This document shows, piece by piece, positions 19,262-28,851 of a DNA stretch of 64,000 nucleotides. The notes beneath the pieces were generated by a model. It was not told where the DNA came from, ran no database searches, and was given only the letters and a program-made list of their open reading frames with translations. Position 1 is the first letter of the stretch; each line of letters begins with the position of its first letter. Made by a program: the position numbers and the translations under genes. The DNA is from an uncultured Fibrobacterota bacterium (lineage in GTDB: Bacteria; Fibrobacterota; Chitinivibrionia; Chitinivibrionales; FEN-1185): positions 11,597 to 75,596 of the forward strand of contig CAVSQB010000032.1 in the NCBI GenBank assembly GCA_963729895.1, read 5' to 3'.

Positions 19262-19290
19262 GTAACACTCCGGCGCTTCACCCTGTCAAA
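19262..19290 (+). promoter_or_regulatory. Putative ECF-sigma promoter GTAACA-N17-GTCAAA
   Basis: Shared motif upstream of the second Spy-like gene. Confidence 0.55.
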
Positions 19291-19372
19291 TTCTAGAGTC
19301 AGGCGCCGGTGGGCCGTTGTTGATAGTCCAAAGCCGGACATATATCTCTTCACATTTAGCACGGGAGGTTGC

Positions 19373-19798
19373 ATGCGTTGCTTGCCTGTTTTTGCGTCAC
19401 TTCTGCTCGCGGGTTCGCTCTCACTCGCCCTTGCCCAACAGGGCCAGGGGGGACAGGGTGGCGAAGGAACTCATCATCAGATGATGTCGGTGGAGGACCG
19501 TGTAAATCAGTTGAAGACACAACTTTGCCTTTCGGCGGACCAGGTGACAAAAATCACTGCAATCATGCAGACTCAGCGCGACACGATGCAGGCGCTTCGC
19601 GAAAAGTACGGCGACGACCGACAAAGCATGCGGCAGGCGATGAGCGGACTTCGTGCAAACGCCGACAAGGCGATTTCTGCGGTGCTCACCGACATCCAAC
19701 GGAAGAAGTATGAGGCCATGATCGCTCAGCGGCAGAAAGAAAGGGGCGACCGGGGACAAGGCGGTCAGGGCAAGCCCGCGGGAGGAAGCGATAAGTAG
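19373..19798 (+). CDS. Spy/CpxP-like periplasmic protein
   Basis: GGAGG RBS; signal peptide; LSADQ and VLTDIQ motifs. Confidence 0.8.
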   Translation: MRCLPVFASLLLAGSLSLALAQQGQGGQGGEGTHHQMMSVEDRVNQLKTQLCLSADQVTKITAIMQTQRDTMQALREKYGDDRQSMRQAMSGLRANADKAISAVLTDIQRKKYEAMIAQRQKERGDRGQGGQGKPAGGSDK

Positions 19799-20050
19799 CA
19801 GTAAGACGCGACCTTTACATAACGGAAGTTTTTGTGGTGACAGGCAGGTGATTTGGAATCTGGTTCGCCTGCCTGTTTCTGTATAAAGAGCCGCAAGACC
19901 GGTATGCCCGGATTTGACACTTGTGAACGGAAACACCTATATTTTTTCTTCTTGATGCCTCTCGATCCTTCCGTTCGAACGAAACACACCGCAGCATCGT
20001 TATTGCACGGAATCGGCCGGACAACTCGCGTATCGCACGGGATTTGCAGC

Positions 20051-21190
20051 ATGGTGAGAAATCAGACGATCAACAACGCCCTTTCCCTCCTGCTGTTCTG
20101 TACTGTCAACGTACTGTTCGCGGTCAAGTATACCTCACGAATCGACGCCGGCTACGCCCTTGTTCTCTGCGGGGCGTATGTCTGTTTCTGCGTCGCCTTG
20201 ATCCTGTGCACCGTCCGGCTCCCGGAAGACCTTTTCCGGAGGCGGTATGCCCTCTTGATTGCCGGGGCGTTCGTTTTGTTTTTTCTCGCAGCATTGTGGT
20301 TCATAAAAGTCGACACGATCATGAACGACCGCTGGAGCGTGATACAGGCTTTTTTCGACGACCTGCTTCAGGGAAAGTATCCCTACCTGGCAAAATCGAA
20401 CCAGGACAACCCGCCCGGTCCACTCCCGTTCTACTTCGTGCTCACCTTTCCGTTCTACGTAATCAATGAGATCGGGCTCTCGACCATCACCGTATTCATT
20501 GCATACTTCCTTCTTTTGAACAAACAATCCGCCGAAAACAGGACCCTTCTTTTCCAGACCGTGCTGCTCGTGACGTCTCCGGCCCTTGTGTACGAGATAG
20601 TCGTTCGCAGCACGATTTTCTTCAACATGGGGCTTATTGTCTTGTATGTGTACTGGCTGGAAAAACGGGTGCTGTCCGGAGAGCGCAAACGTGTGGTGTT
20701 GCCGGGGCTCATCGGCGGGTTCCTGCTGTCGACCCGGGCCATTGCGGCCATTCCTGTCGTCTGCTACCTGTCGTACAGCCTGCTGCGGCGCAAAGACGTG
20801 TCCACGTACGTAAAGATCGTCGTAGCGATGGCCGCGGGGTTCTGTTTGACATTTGCGCCACTTGTGTGCTGGGGATGGCGGTCTCTTCTACAGAACAATC
20901 CGCTATTGCTTCAATCCAGCTTTTCACCGCTGCCCGTTACCGTTGCGTTTGTGGCGATCTCGTTTGCCGGCGGCCTGTTTCTGAAAAGTTTTGACGGGTA
21001 CATGCGTTTCTGCGGCATCATGCTGTTCCTGATAGTCGCGATTTCCACGGCGTGCTATGCGGCGTCCGTCGGCTGGAGACGGGGATTCTACGATTCCAAG
21101 TTCGACATTTCCTATTTCACCTTTTGCGTTCCGTTTCTCATTGCGTCGTTTAAGGGTTTCTCCGGCCGGCGCGCGGCACCGGGATCGTAG
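20051..21190 (+). CDS. Polytopic membrane protein, GT-C glycosyltransferase-like
   Basis: Many TM segments; DRW..LLQGKYPY..PGPLP loop. Confidence 0.65.
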   Translation: MVRNQTINNALSLLLFCTVNVLFAVKYTSRIDAGYALVLCGAYVCFCVALILCTVRLPEDLFRRRYALLIAGAFVLFFLAALWFIKVDTIMNDRWSVIQAFFDDLLQGKYPYLAKSNQDNPPGPLPFYFVLTFPFYVINEIGLSTITVFIAYFLLLNKQSAENRTLLFQTVLLVTSPALVYEIVVRSTIFFNMGLIVLYVYWLEKRVLSGERKRVVLPGLIGGFLLSTRAIAAIPVVCYLSYSLLRRKDVSTYVKIVVAMAAGFCLTFAPLVCWGWRSLLQNNPLLLQSSFSPLPVTVAFVAISFAGGLFLKSFDGYMRFCGIMLFLIVAISTACYAASVGWRRGFYDSKFDISYFTFCVPFLIASFKGFSGRRAAPGS

Positions 21191-21260
21191 CGGGGTTTTG
21201 ACAAGCACGCCCCTGCTCCGCACTGCGGTTGCGCACATCTTCACTCCCGACAGGGCAAGA

Positions 21261-22109
21261 CTATTTCCTGAAGACGAACAGGGGATACGCCCCGACAGCG
21301 CCAAGCAGCCCGGGGAAAAGATCCTCCATCTTGTAAACGATCCTGAGGAACTCCCTTCCAAACAACCACCGGTGAACATACGATTTCATGAACGGAACGC
21401 TCAGGCTTCGCCAGACAACGGTATCAAACGGCGTTTCCCGGCCAAGGTGCTTTTTGAGATAGTTCCGCGAATGCGGATGAAAATAGAGCTGCGGTCCGCC
21501 CGTGACCGGAGGCGCGGATCGTAGCGGGCCCCCGGCCAGGAGCTTCAAAATTCTTTTGCCGATTTTGAGCGGCAGGAACGGCGCCAGCGCGATTGCCATA
21601 AGCGGGCTGCGGTTTCCCCATGTGTAAACGACAACCGCGGTGCGGCCTTTTCCAAGAACCCGAACGATTTCAGCGAAAGCCTGAATTTGCATCGTCTTCT
21701 CGACATGATACATCGTATGAAGTGAAACAACGCCGTCCACGGATTCGCTCCTGAAAGGCAAATTGGTGATGTCGCTCTGAACGCAACAGCACGCGTCGCC
21801 AAGGCATTTTCGCGCTTCGATAAGCGCCGTGAAGCTGATGTCGGCGCAGATTCTCCGGGCGTAACCTTCCGAATAGGAAACATGTTCCGGAAATTGAATG
21901 GGCCCGGACGCAACATCGAGTATAAACCTTCCCCCCTTGGTGAGAAACCTGTTGACGCGGAGAAGACACTTGCTGCGGTATTCAGCCGATACGGGACGAA
22001 GGTCCTCGAATTGTGCGGCATCGGAAAACCTGCCGTCCGAACCTCTTTTCCACCCTGTACCGTCATAAAACTCACTAACCGTTTGAGCAACGGAGGCATT
22101 CGCACTCAT
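21261..22109 (-). CDS. Class I SAM-dependent methyltransferase
   Basis: ILDVASG, DITNLPFRSESVD, RVLGKG motifs. Confidence 0.9.
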   Translation of the reverse strand: MSANASVAQTVSEFYDGTGWKRGSDGRFSDAAQFEDLRPVSAEYRSKCLLRVNRFLTKGGRFILDVASGPIQFPEHVSYSEGYARRICADISFTALIEARKCLGDACCCVQSDITNLPFRSESVDGVVSLHTMYHVEKTMQIQAFAEIVRVLGKGRTAVVVYTWGNRSPLMAIALAPFLPLKIGKRILKLLAGGPLRSAPPVTGGPQLYFHPHSRNYLKKHLGRETPFDTVVWRSLSVPFMKSYVHRWLFGREFLRIVYKMEDLFPGLLGAVGAYPLFVFRK

Positions 22110-22196
22110 GTCTTAATTTTCCTCTGCAGAATGTTCGTCGAATTCGATGCTTGAAAAATGGTTTCCGAATGTATGCTTCAGGAGGAGTTTTGTGAG

Positions 22197-22269
<73 letters not shown>

Positions 22270-22427
22270 GGCACGGATTCACTAGAGGGTATCTAAAAAT
22301 AGTTTGTTACAATTATCCGGGGGAGAATTTCTGGGAGGCACATACGATGAATGAGGATTGCCAAACGAGTGCAGTAGTAGCAACATAAGAATCCGGGCGC
22401 CCCGCCCGCTAACTATGATTCTGGTTT

Positions 22428-22591
22428 GCTGAGCCGGTGCGGCAAAATCAAGATAATATTTTTGTGTGCTGAGCGTGTGCGGCGAGGTACGTTCAGTGGC
22501 GAGACCGAAACGCCTGCTGCGCGCACACTAGAAGCACCCGGTTAACAAGATCCAAGACCAAATACAGTGCCCCTGTTCTTCCGGCCGCAGC
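22428..22591. ncRNA. Candidate rod-shaped ncRNA (6S-like topology)
   Basis: Closing stem, A-rich central bubble and long apical stem, folded by eye. Confidence 0.3.
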
Positions 22592-22639
22592 TGCGCCACT
22601 GAGGGAAAAACTTAAAATTCCTTTGCGTTTTTGTTTCTT

Positions 22640-22776
22640 GCGTTAGGCACGACCGTAAGGTGCTCTGGAGAGCAGTGCCGGTCGGCCCCGCCGAAGGCAC
22701 AGGGGCGATCCGGCACCGAGGCTGAAAAGCCGAGCCCGGAGGGAGGGCCGACCCGAGCGTGGCGAGGGGAACGCCC
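22640..22776 (-). repeat. Dispersed GC-rich intergenic element (GGGCGTTCCC...CTAACGC)
   Basis: Homologous to 8155-8254; internal hairpins. Confidence 0.6.
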
Positions 22777-22924
22777 ACTTCTTGCTCTTGATTTCTGGGT
22801 GCCCCACAGCAGGTGATTGGATTCTCGCCCAAACTCCCACTTTGGGGTCACCCGGCACAGCAATCCAAAGGCATTTATTTATTATCATTTCCGACTCAGC
22901 GATCCAATAGCACGTACTCTTCTC

Positions 22925-24016
22925 TTACGGCACAATCTCCGCCTGCGGATTCTTGATGCCGGCTGCCTTTGCCTGCTCTTTTATCTTCCCCGCCTCGGCA
23001 TAGAACTTGCCAAGCCGCTTCTTTATGTCGTCGTCAAGATTGTAATATCCCATTCTGTTGCATTCGGCAACGCTTTCCGTATTCCGTTTCATCTTCAGGT
23101 AAATCTTGGCAAGCCAGAAGTGGCACAGCACCGCATTGTAGTGGTTGTCGAACGGCTCAGCCTCAACGCGCTCCAGGATGTACCGGTAGACGTTCTCCGC
23201 TTCGTCGTACCGGCCGTCGCCGAACAGCGCCGCTGCCTTTCCCCAGGAGAATTTGAGCGACGCCGGGTATTTCTGGAGCATTTCGTCCGCAATTGTCAGC
23301 GCGTCCTTGTATCGCGCTTCGTTGCAGAAGATGGCGATAAGGTCCACGCTCGCGGAAATGCTCGTGTACACGCCGTTCCTCTTCGCGTCAAATAACTCGT
23401 CTATCCCCTGCTGGCATTTGTTGTCGATCCCCGGCATCCACCACAGGATTTTCGTGAGCGAGCTGCGCCAGTAATCGTATATGCCGAGGCCGTAGTTGAC
23501 GTCCTTGATTTTGGGGTTCCTCTTGTGCAGAGACTGCAGGGCGGACACACCTCTCCAGCCGTGCCGGAACGCGGTGATCCATTTTTCGTAGCGGGATTCG
23601 TAGGTGCCCTTGATGCCGTCGGCGCCGCCCAGAAAGAACAGCGCCCAGTCTTTGTCCGGCCCGCCGCCGCCCAGCAGCTTTTCCGCTTTTCCTATGGCCA
23701 GATCGCAGTACCTGTAGAATTCCTCCTCACGCTTGTCCGACTCGTAGAAGCTCATCCACGATTCCAGCGCCGCAGCGCAAAAGAAATATCCGGCCGGGTG
23801 TTCGGGATATTTCTTTATGATTTTTTTTGCCTCATCTTCGGCGGATAGAAATTTCTCTTTGTACACAAGATCGATGCTGGCCATAATCATGTCGTGCATG
23901 TCCGGAGAGAGCGACGGGCCCGCGCCGCAGCACGCCGACAGCGCGGCCACCAGCAGGGCCGCAGATACGACGCACCGGTCAGCGTGATGCACTATCTGAA
24001 AAGAACCTGTACGCAT
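22925..24016 (-). CDS. Exported TPR-repeat protein
   Basis: Signal-like N-terminus; TPR-like helices; overlaps the upstream gene. Confidence 0.8.
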   Translation of the reverse strand: MRTGSFQIVHHADRCVVSAALLVAALSACCGAGPSLSPDMHDMIMASIDLVYKEKFLSAEDEAKKIIKKYPEHPAGYFFCAAALESWMSFYESDKREEEFYRYCDLAIGKAEKLLGGGGPDKDWALFFLGGADGIKGTYESRYEKWITAFRHGWRGVSALQSLHKRNPKIKDVNYGLGIYDYWRSSLTKILWWMPGIDNKCQQGIDELFDAKRNGVYTSISASVDLIAIFCNEARYKDALTIADEMLQKYPASLKFSWGKAAALFGDGRYDEAENVYRYILERVEAEPFDNHYNAVLCHFWLAKIYLKMKRNTESVAECNRMGYYNLDDDIKKRLGKFYAEAGKIKEQAKAAGIKNPQAEIVP

Positions 24017-24356
24017 TGTCGTATCGTTCCCATTTTCTCGCGCTTGTGAGATACCGGTACTTGACGGTCCGCTTTATCTGAACGCCGCGCAGGTAATAGA
24101 AATCGACCACCGCGCGCACGCTGTAAAGGCTTTTCTTGTAGGTCGAATAGTCGACAATCCGGCTGTACACGGAATCGCTCAGGCTCGTTGCGGGCATCTC
24201 GCCCACGATCGCTTTCAAATCGGCGGCCACAACCACCTCGAGTTTCTTCCGGACAAGACCGTCCGGCTCTCCGCCGCGACAGCCGGCGCAGAGCATCGCT
24301 GCCGCAACCGTGCATGCAAGCAGCAGTTGTCCGGACGTTGCTTTCGTTGTCGTCAT
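23979..24356 (-). CDS. Putative lipoprotein
   Basis: Lipobox CAGC; operon position. Confidence 0.7.
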   Translation of the reverse strand: MTTTKATSGQLLLACTVAAAMLCAGCRGGEPDGLVRKKLEVVVAADLKAIVGEMPATSLSDSVYSRIVDYSTYKKSLYSVRAVVDFYYLRGVQIKRTVKYRYLTSARKWERYDNAYRFFSDSASR

Positions 24357-24372
24357 GAAAAGGAAACCTTTG

Positions 24373-25485
24373 TCAGGAAACGAACACGTTGCTGTTTGTC
24401 TGGGGATCGAACAGATGGACTCTCCTGCCGTCCAGGAACACCTCGACCATCTCCTGGGGTTCGATCTCGATATCGCGCGTGATCAGGAAGCGGAGAGCGG
24501 CGCCGTTTTCCCCGCGCGACACCACGAGGCTCCGGTCGCCGAGCGTTTCGACGAGCTCCACCGAAACGCGGAGCGTGGTATCGGAATACCGCTTGGATTC
24601 GTGGTGTTCCGCGTAGGCGATGTTCTGCGGCCGGATGCCTACCGTCACCTTTCTTCCGGTCATCTGTTGGGCGCGGCCGAACCGGTCTTTGTCGAGCTTG
24701 ACAAACCCGAGTACCGTATCGACGCCGGCGTCCTCTCCGCGGACCTCGATTGTCCCGTCGATAAAATTCATTGCCGGGCTGCCGATGAACGACGCGGCAA
24801 ACCGCGTTGCCGGCGCATCGTACACCGCGCGGGGAGTGTCGAACTGCTCAAGCCTGCCCGCGTTGAGGATCGCGATGCGTTCACTCATCGTCATGGCCTC
24901 GACTTGATTGTGCGTGACATACAGGATGGTTGTGCCCACCTGGTGATGGATTCTCTTGAGCTCCTCCATCGCCGTTTCGCGCAGCGCCGCGTCGAGGTTG
25001 CTGAGCGGTTCGTCAAGCAGCAGCACCTCGGGGTCGAGCACGAGCGCCCGGGCGAGCGCGACGCGCTGACGCTGGCCGCCCGACAGGTGCCTGGGCATCC
25101 GGTCCTCGAGGCCGGCAAGCCGCAACAGATCGAGGGCCCATGCCAGTTTCCGCGAAATCGTTTCGGCGGGGGTCTTGTTGATGGTAAGCCCGAACCGGAT
25201 GTTCTGCGCCACGGTCATGTGCGGAAAAAGCGCGTAACTCTGAAACACCATGGCGAGCTTGCGGTGCTGGGAGGGAATATCGTTGTATCGCCTGCCGCCG
25301 ACGATCAGGTCTCCCTTGTCAATTACTTCGAGCCCGGCGATCATCCGCAGCAGCGTGGTTTTCCCGCACCCGGACGGCCCGAGCAGGGTCACGAATTCGC
25401 CGTTCTTTATATCAAGGCTCAACGAATCGATGACCTGGTTTGAACCCAGTCGCTTTGAGATAGCCTTGAGCAGCACTTCGGCCAT
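24373..25485 (-). CDS. Carbohydrate ABC transporter ATPase (MalK/MsmX type)
   Basis: GPSGCGKT, LSGGQRQR, LLLDEP, FIGSP, TOBE domain. Confidence 0.96.
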   Translation of the reverse strand: MAEVLLKAISKRLGSNQVIDSLSLDIKNGEFVTLLGPSGCGKTTLLRMIAGLEVIDKGDLIVGGRRYNDIPSQHRKLAMVFQSYALFPHMTVAQNIRFGLTINKTPAETISRKLAWALDLLRLAGLEDRMPRHLSGGQRQRVALARALVLDPEVLLLDEPLSNLDAALRETAMEELKRIHHQVGTTILYVTHNQVEAMTMSERIAILNAGRLEQFDTPRAVYDAPATRFAASFIGSPAMNFIDGTIEVRGEDAGVDTVLGFVKLDKDRFGRAQQMTGRKVTVGIRPQNIAYAEHHESKRYSDTTLRVSVELVETLGDRSLVVSRGENGAALRFLITRDIEIEPQEMVEVFLDGRRVHLFDPQTNSNVFVS

Positions 25486-25492
25486 GGTGTTC

Positions 25493-26419
25493 CTACTTCA
25501 CGCTTCCGGCGGTAATGCCGGCAGTCATATATTTCTGGAGCAACAGGGAAAAGACAATAACCGGCAGGCTCAGAAGGACGGAGATTGCCGCCAGCAGGTT
25601 CTGCGGCGGAGCATACGCCAGCTTCTGTTTGAGGAACAAGGTAAGCGTGGATATCTTCCCCAGTCCCAGAATAAAATAGGCGAAGATAAATTCGTCCCAC
25701 GACAGCAGAAAGGTATAGATTGCCGCGGCCGCGAGCCCGGGCAGCGCCAGCGGAAACAGGACCCTGTAGAAAATGGAGAAAGCCCCGGCTCCCATCACCC
25801 TCGCCTGCTGTTCCAGATCGCCCGGTATGGATTCAAAGGCGCTCATGCCGATGAAAATGACATATGGTAATGCAAGCAGGGTATGGGCGAAAATGACGCC
25901 GGTGTAGGTGTTTTGCAGCCTGAGTTTGATAAGGAACTCGGTAATGGGAATGACGGATGCGATATCCGGAAAAAGCCGGACCGATATGAGCCCGAGCAGC
26001 AGCGCTCGCCTTCCCGGGACCCTAAAACGGCCGAGCACGTACGCGGCGGGAACGCCCAGAAGCATCGACATTCCAACCGTGCAGGAAGCGATAATGAGGC
26101 TGTTGGAAATGACGCCGTAGAATTGGGAATCGGAAAAGAGGTAGGTAAAGGACCTGAAGGTCGGATGAAAGGGCCACAGCGGTATGGGGGCGCCGCCGGT
26201 GTTGATGCTCGCGCTGTCGCTGATGGCATACTTGAACAGCAGATACAACGGCGCCACGATGAACAGAACGGCAATGACAATGCTCGCCGCCCAAAGGGCC
26301 TTCTTCGTACTTTCCGCGGGAAAGGAACCGGTTCGCACTGGCGTCCTCAGATCTTTACCAGGGTTCTTCTCAGAATTTCCATTATGGAAAGAAACAGAAA
26401 CGTGGTGACCATGATGCAC
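25493..26419 (-). CDS. Carbohydrate ABC permease (MalG-like)
   Basis: EAA-like LEQQARVMGA and C-terminal GITAGSVK; true start probably near 26350. Confidence 0.93.
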   Translation of the reverse strand: MHHGHHVSVSFHNGNSEKNPGKDLRTPVRTGSFPAESTKKALWAASIVIAVLFIVAPLYLLFKYAISDSASINTGGAPIPLWPFHPTFRSFTYLFSDSQFYGVISNSLIIASCTVGMSMLLGVPAAYVLGRFRVPGRRALLLGLISVRLFPDIASVIPITEFLIKLRLQNTYTGVIFAHTLLALPYVIFIGMSAFESIPGDLEQQARVMGAGAFSIFYRVLFPLALPGLAAAAIYTFLLSWDEFIFAYFILGLGKISTLTLFLKQKLAYAPPQNLLAAISVLLSLPVIVFSLLLQKYMTAGITAGSVK

Positions 26420-27246
26420 AGCACCAGGACCAGCGCCACCACTGCGGCGGCGCTGGAGTTCCCCCAGTCATTGTACAACGATTCGATGAGCGTGCCAAGG
26501 AGATCGTACTTTCCGGCAAGAATAAAAGGAAATATGAATTCTTTCCACATTTCGATGGAGCGGAGCAGGACGACCGCCGAGATGGAAGGTATCAGGAGGG
26601 GAAGCACCACCCGCCAGATCCTGGTGCGCAGGCCGGCGCCCATGGTTCGTGCGGCGTCGAACAGCTCGGGATCGATCGCGCTCAGACCCGAAAGGAGGAT
26701 GAGCATGGATATGGGCATGTCCCTCCAGACTTTTCCGATCATGGATATACCCAGGGCAAAGAATGCGGAGCCGCGCCAATTGACGGGAGTGTGCAAAAGT
26801 GCCGGAAAAAAACCGTATTTGCCCAGGAGAAACAGATTGACGTGGCCGCCCGGGTAATCGAACAGAATGAACAGCAGCGTGGCGGTCACGAGCGCGGGGA
26901 TGGCGAGGGGGATCAAGAACAGGCCCCGAACGACGTTGCGGAACAGGAAATTCTGGTACAGGATGAGGGCGAGAAAAAGCCCCGCTGCAAGTTCGAGGGG
27001 CGTGCCCGCAAGCACGAACAGGGTCGTGCGAACCAAGGCATGGCCGAATTCGGGGTTGGAAAATACGACCGCAACGGCGCGCATTGACGGGAAAACCGTC
27101 GTTCCGCCCTTTTCAAACGAGAGACTCAACCCGAGAAGGTACACCCCGACAATAACCAAAAAACCCACGAGATAGACCGCTGCGGGTATCAGCGGCCACA
27201 CCTCGTGGATCCTTGTATGCTTTGTGTTGGGCCACACCTCAGTCAT
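26347..27246 (-). CDS. Carbohydrate ABC permease (MalF-like)
   Basis: IDPELFDAARTMGA EAA motif; TM segments. Confidence 0.93.
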   Translation of the reverse strand: MTEVWPNTKHTRIHEVWPLIPAAVYLVGFLVIVGVYLLGLSLSFEKGGTTVFPSMRAVAVVFSNPEFGHALVRTTLFVLAGTPLELAAGLFLALILYQNFLFRNVVRGLFLIPLAIPALVTATLLFILFDYPGGHVNLFLLGKYGFFPALLHTPVNWRGSAFFALGISMIGKVWRDMPISMLILLSGLSAIDPELFDAARTMGAGLRTRIWRVVLPLLIPSISAVVLLRSIEMWKEFIFPFILAGKYDLLGTLIESLYNDWGNSSAAAVVALVLVLCIMVTTFLFLSIMEILRRTLVKI

Positions 27247-27330
27247 GGGCTCATAGGGTAATGTGGTGCCTGCTCGAGATCGCCGCTTTCCATCGCCGGT
27301 TCGCGCATGCCGCTGCCTGTTGAATAGAAG

Positions 27331-28821
27331 CTATTTAGGATAATCGGCGCCCAAAATCTCTTTTTCTTTCGGCACAAAATCTTTGGCAAGCTTCTGCTTC
27401 ATGATGTCGGCGTCCATTTTTCCGTCTTTCTTCTCGTCGTACCCGACGCACAGCTTGTACCAAGCGTCCACCAGATTCTGCGCAACCAGCGGATATCCTT
27501 TGACAAGAGGCACCGTGGTAAGCTGGTTGTCGTTGACCTGTTCAACCGACGTCTTGAAAATCTCCCCCACCCATCCCTCGTCGAAAACATTGGGCAGGTT
27601 CAGCAGAATATCTTTTCGAACGGGAATCATGCCGAATTTCGAGCACTCCTTGGCCTGGTTATCGTGATTGGTGACATACCGAGCAAATTCGTAGGCAAGC
27701 TTGGCGTTGGGGCTTGTCTTTGGTATTCCCCACCACCAGCCACCCGTTGAGATCATGCGGGTGCCGTCCACCACCGGCCGCCCCTCGGCGTTGAGATCGA
27801 ACGACACCGCTTTTGGCATTACGCACAATCCCATGTCCTTGACATCAGGCAAGTAACTCGGCATGCCGGGGTCGTCTGCCCATCCATGCACGTTGAAGCA
27901 GTCAATCTGTTGGAGATTCGTACAGAACACCTTGCCGTCCTTGATGCCGTTATACAAATCGGAACCCCGCCATGGATCCTGCCACATCCCTGGATTGTAA
28001 AGCCCATTGCGGACAAACACGTTTTCCCACAAAAACGCCTGCACCGTCCTGTCCCCAAGGGACAGAATGTCCTGGTGGGTGGCTCCCAGCTGCAGGGCCC
28101 GGTCCACAAGGTCGAGCGCCGTGCCTTCGTATTTGGCGCCGCGGTGAGCAAGGCGGGGCATCTTCACGCCATTGTACTCTTCCTTGGACCAGATGTAGCC
28201 CACCACGAAAAGGTCGTAGAGATCCCACTGCGCCGGATCGCTTTCCAGAACGTAATCTTTGGGAAGACCGTACTTGTTCTGTTTTTTGAGTTCTTCGCTG
28301 ATTTGTTTCTTGTACTTATCAAATTTGGAAACCGCATCGGCAACCATGGATTTCCGGTAGAACAGGATACGGGTTTCGAGCTTGCGGGGAATATAGTACG
28401 GCAGACCGTTCACGTAGCCCAAGGCTGTTGCCAGCTGGTGATATTCCGCAAGGTCCTGCATAACCTGCACCGAATCGACGACGGCGGTGAGCGGTTGCAT
28501 ATACCCCTTGTACACCAGCACGCGCGTCACCTCGAACGGCGTCTTGACAAGGCCGATCTCCGGCTGCCTTTTCCCGGCATCGAGCTTGAGGAACTTCTCG
28601 ATGTCCAGCTGGTTTGCAAACGGAGCGACGGTGATCTTGCAGTTGTGCTCCTTGTTGAATTTCGCAACGATCTCCTGCTCGAAAAACCGCTGCTGGGCGG
28701 GCATCATCCTTATGAGGACGGTAAACTCCTGTTTGGCCTTCTTCGTGCCAACGCATCCGGCCAGACCCAGCGACACGACAGCCACGAGCGCGCATGCAAG
28801 CGCAATCCGCAGTTTCCTCAT
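27331..28821 (-). CDS. ABC substrate-binding lipoprotein (sugar family)
   Basis: Lipobox LAGC; LFYRK and GGWWWGIPK motifs; AGGAGG RBS. Confidence 0.9.
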   Translation of the reverse strand: MRKLRIALACALVAVVSLGLAGCVGTKKAKQEFTVLIRMMPAQQRFFEQEIVAKFNKEHNCKITVAPFANQLDIEKFLKLDAGKRQPEIGLVKTPFEVTRVLVYKGYMQPLTAVVDSVQVMQDLAEYHQLATALGYVNGLPYYIPRKLETRILFYRKSMVADAVSKFDKYKKQISEELKKQNKYGLPKDYVLESDPAQWDLYDLFVVGYIWSKEEYNGVKMPRLAHRGAKYEGTALDLVDRALQLGATHQDILSLGDRTVQAFLWENVFVRNGLYNPGMWQDPWRGSDLYNGIKDGKVFCTNLQQIDCFNVHGWADDPGMPSYLPDVKDMGLCVMPKAVSFDLNAEGRPVVDGTRMISTGGWWWGIPKTSPNAKLAYEFARYVTNHDNQAKECSKFGMIPVRKDILLNLPNVFDEGWVGEIFKTSVEQVNDNQLTTVPLVKGYPLVAQNLVDAWYKLCVGYDEKKDGKMDADIMKQKLAKDFVPKEKEILGADYPK

Positions 28822-28851
28822 ACATCCTCCTGCTCTTTTAGATTGTGTATA

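Noticed and set aside
22662..22710. CTCTGGAGAG...CGCCGAAGG resembling a glycine riboswitch
   Set aside because: No CTCTCAGG element, no downstream plus-strand gene, and it lies within the dispersed repeat
22390..22900. RNase P, SRP or tmRNA gene in the long GC-rich intergenic region
   Set aside because: Conserved signatures such as GAGGAAAGTCC and the SRP helix-8 motif were not found
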